A DNA stretch of 63,958 bases, counting the filler, from Octopus bimaculoides (Eukaryota), in assembly GCF_001194135.2 (NCBI RefSeq). It is 8 parts of 7 records of this genome, joined end to end, with 100 filler letters (N's around TTAATTAATTAA, not from the genome) between each part and the next. Parts side by side here need not be neighbours in the genome. Positions count along the whole stretch, not along the records: positions 62,209 to 63,958 come from NW_026388470.1; 7 more parts are not named here. One strand, 5' to 3'. The position numbers and the translations under genes are program-made. The notes under the pieces are model-generated. The model was not told where the DNA came from and did not search any database. It saw only the letters and a list, made by a program, of their open reading frames with translations. The first letter of the stretch is position 1. Each line of letters opens with the position of its first letter. Positions 63,951-63,958 of the stretch are shown here, in pieces.

Positions 63951-63958
63951 ACAAATGC

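Overview
Eukaryotic, AT-rich draft-assembly DNA dense in microsatellites. The SINE families and repeat content look like an octopod cephalopod, probably Octopus (inference from recalled repeat families, not a database search). The window is not one contiguous locus: seven identical 100-bp spacers (44 N + TTAATTAATTAA + 44 N) split it into eight pieces, and there are many other N gaps. Host-gene content is small: one GT-AG-bounded internal exon that aligns by eye to CCDC39 (36096-36212), a candidate promoter plus first codons of an unidentified minus-strand gene (42448-42790), and a second promoter-like motif pair (57041-57072). The rest is decayed mobile DNA: a nearly complete Tx1/L1-clade ORF2, a DD41D (rosa-type) Tc1/mariner transposase, several mariner derivatives, Penelope-like (PLE) remnants, R4/Dong-type RLE fragments, CR1-like fragments, Helitron and Helentron pieces, and many tRNA-derived SINEs. 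The strongest hidden signal is six minimal type-I hammerhead-ribozyme-like motifs from at least five sequence families (5294, 13713, 19970, 45585, 48005, 48312). Several have palindromic helix III, and two sit at the centre of fold-back hairpins. One differs from the core consensus at exactly positions 3 and 8, the tertiary pair. All folds were read by eye; no activity or novelty has been verified. Nearly all ORFs in the supplied track are N-run or microsatellite artefacts.
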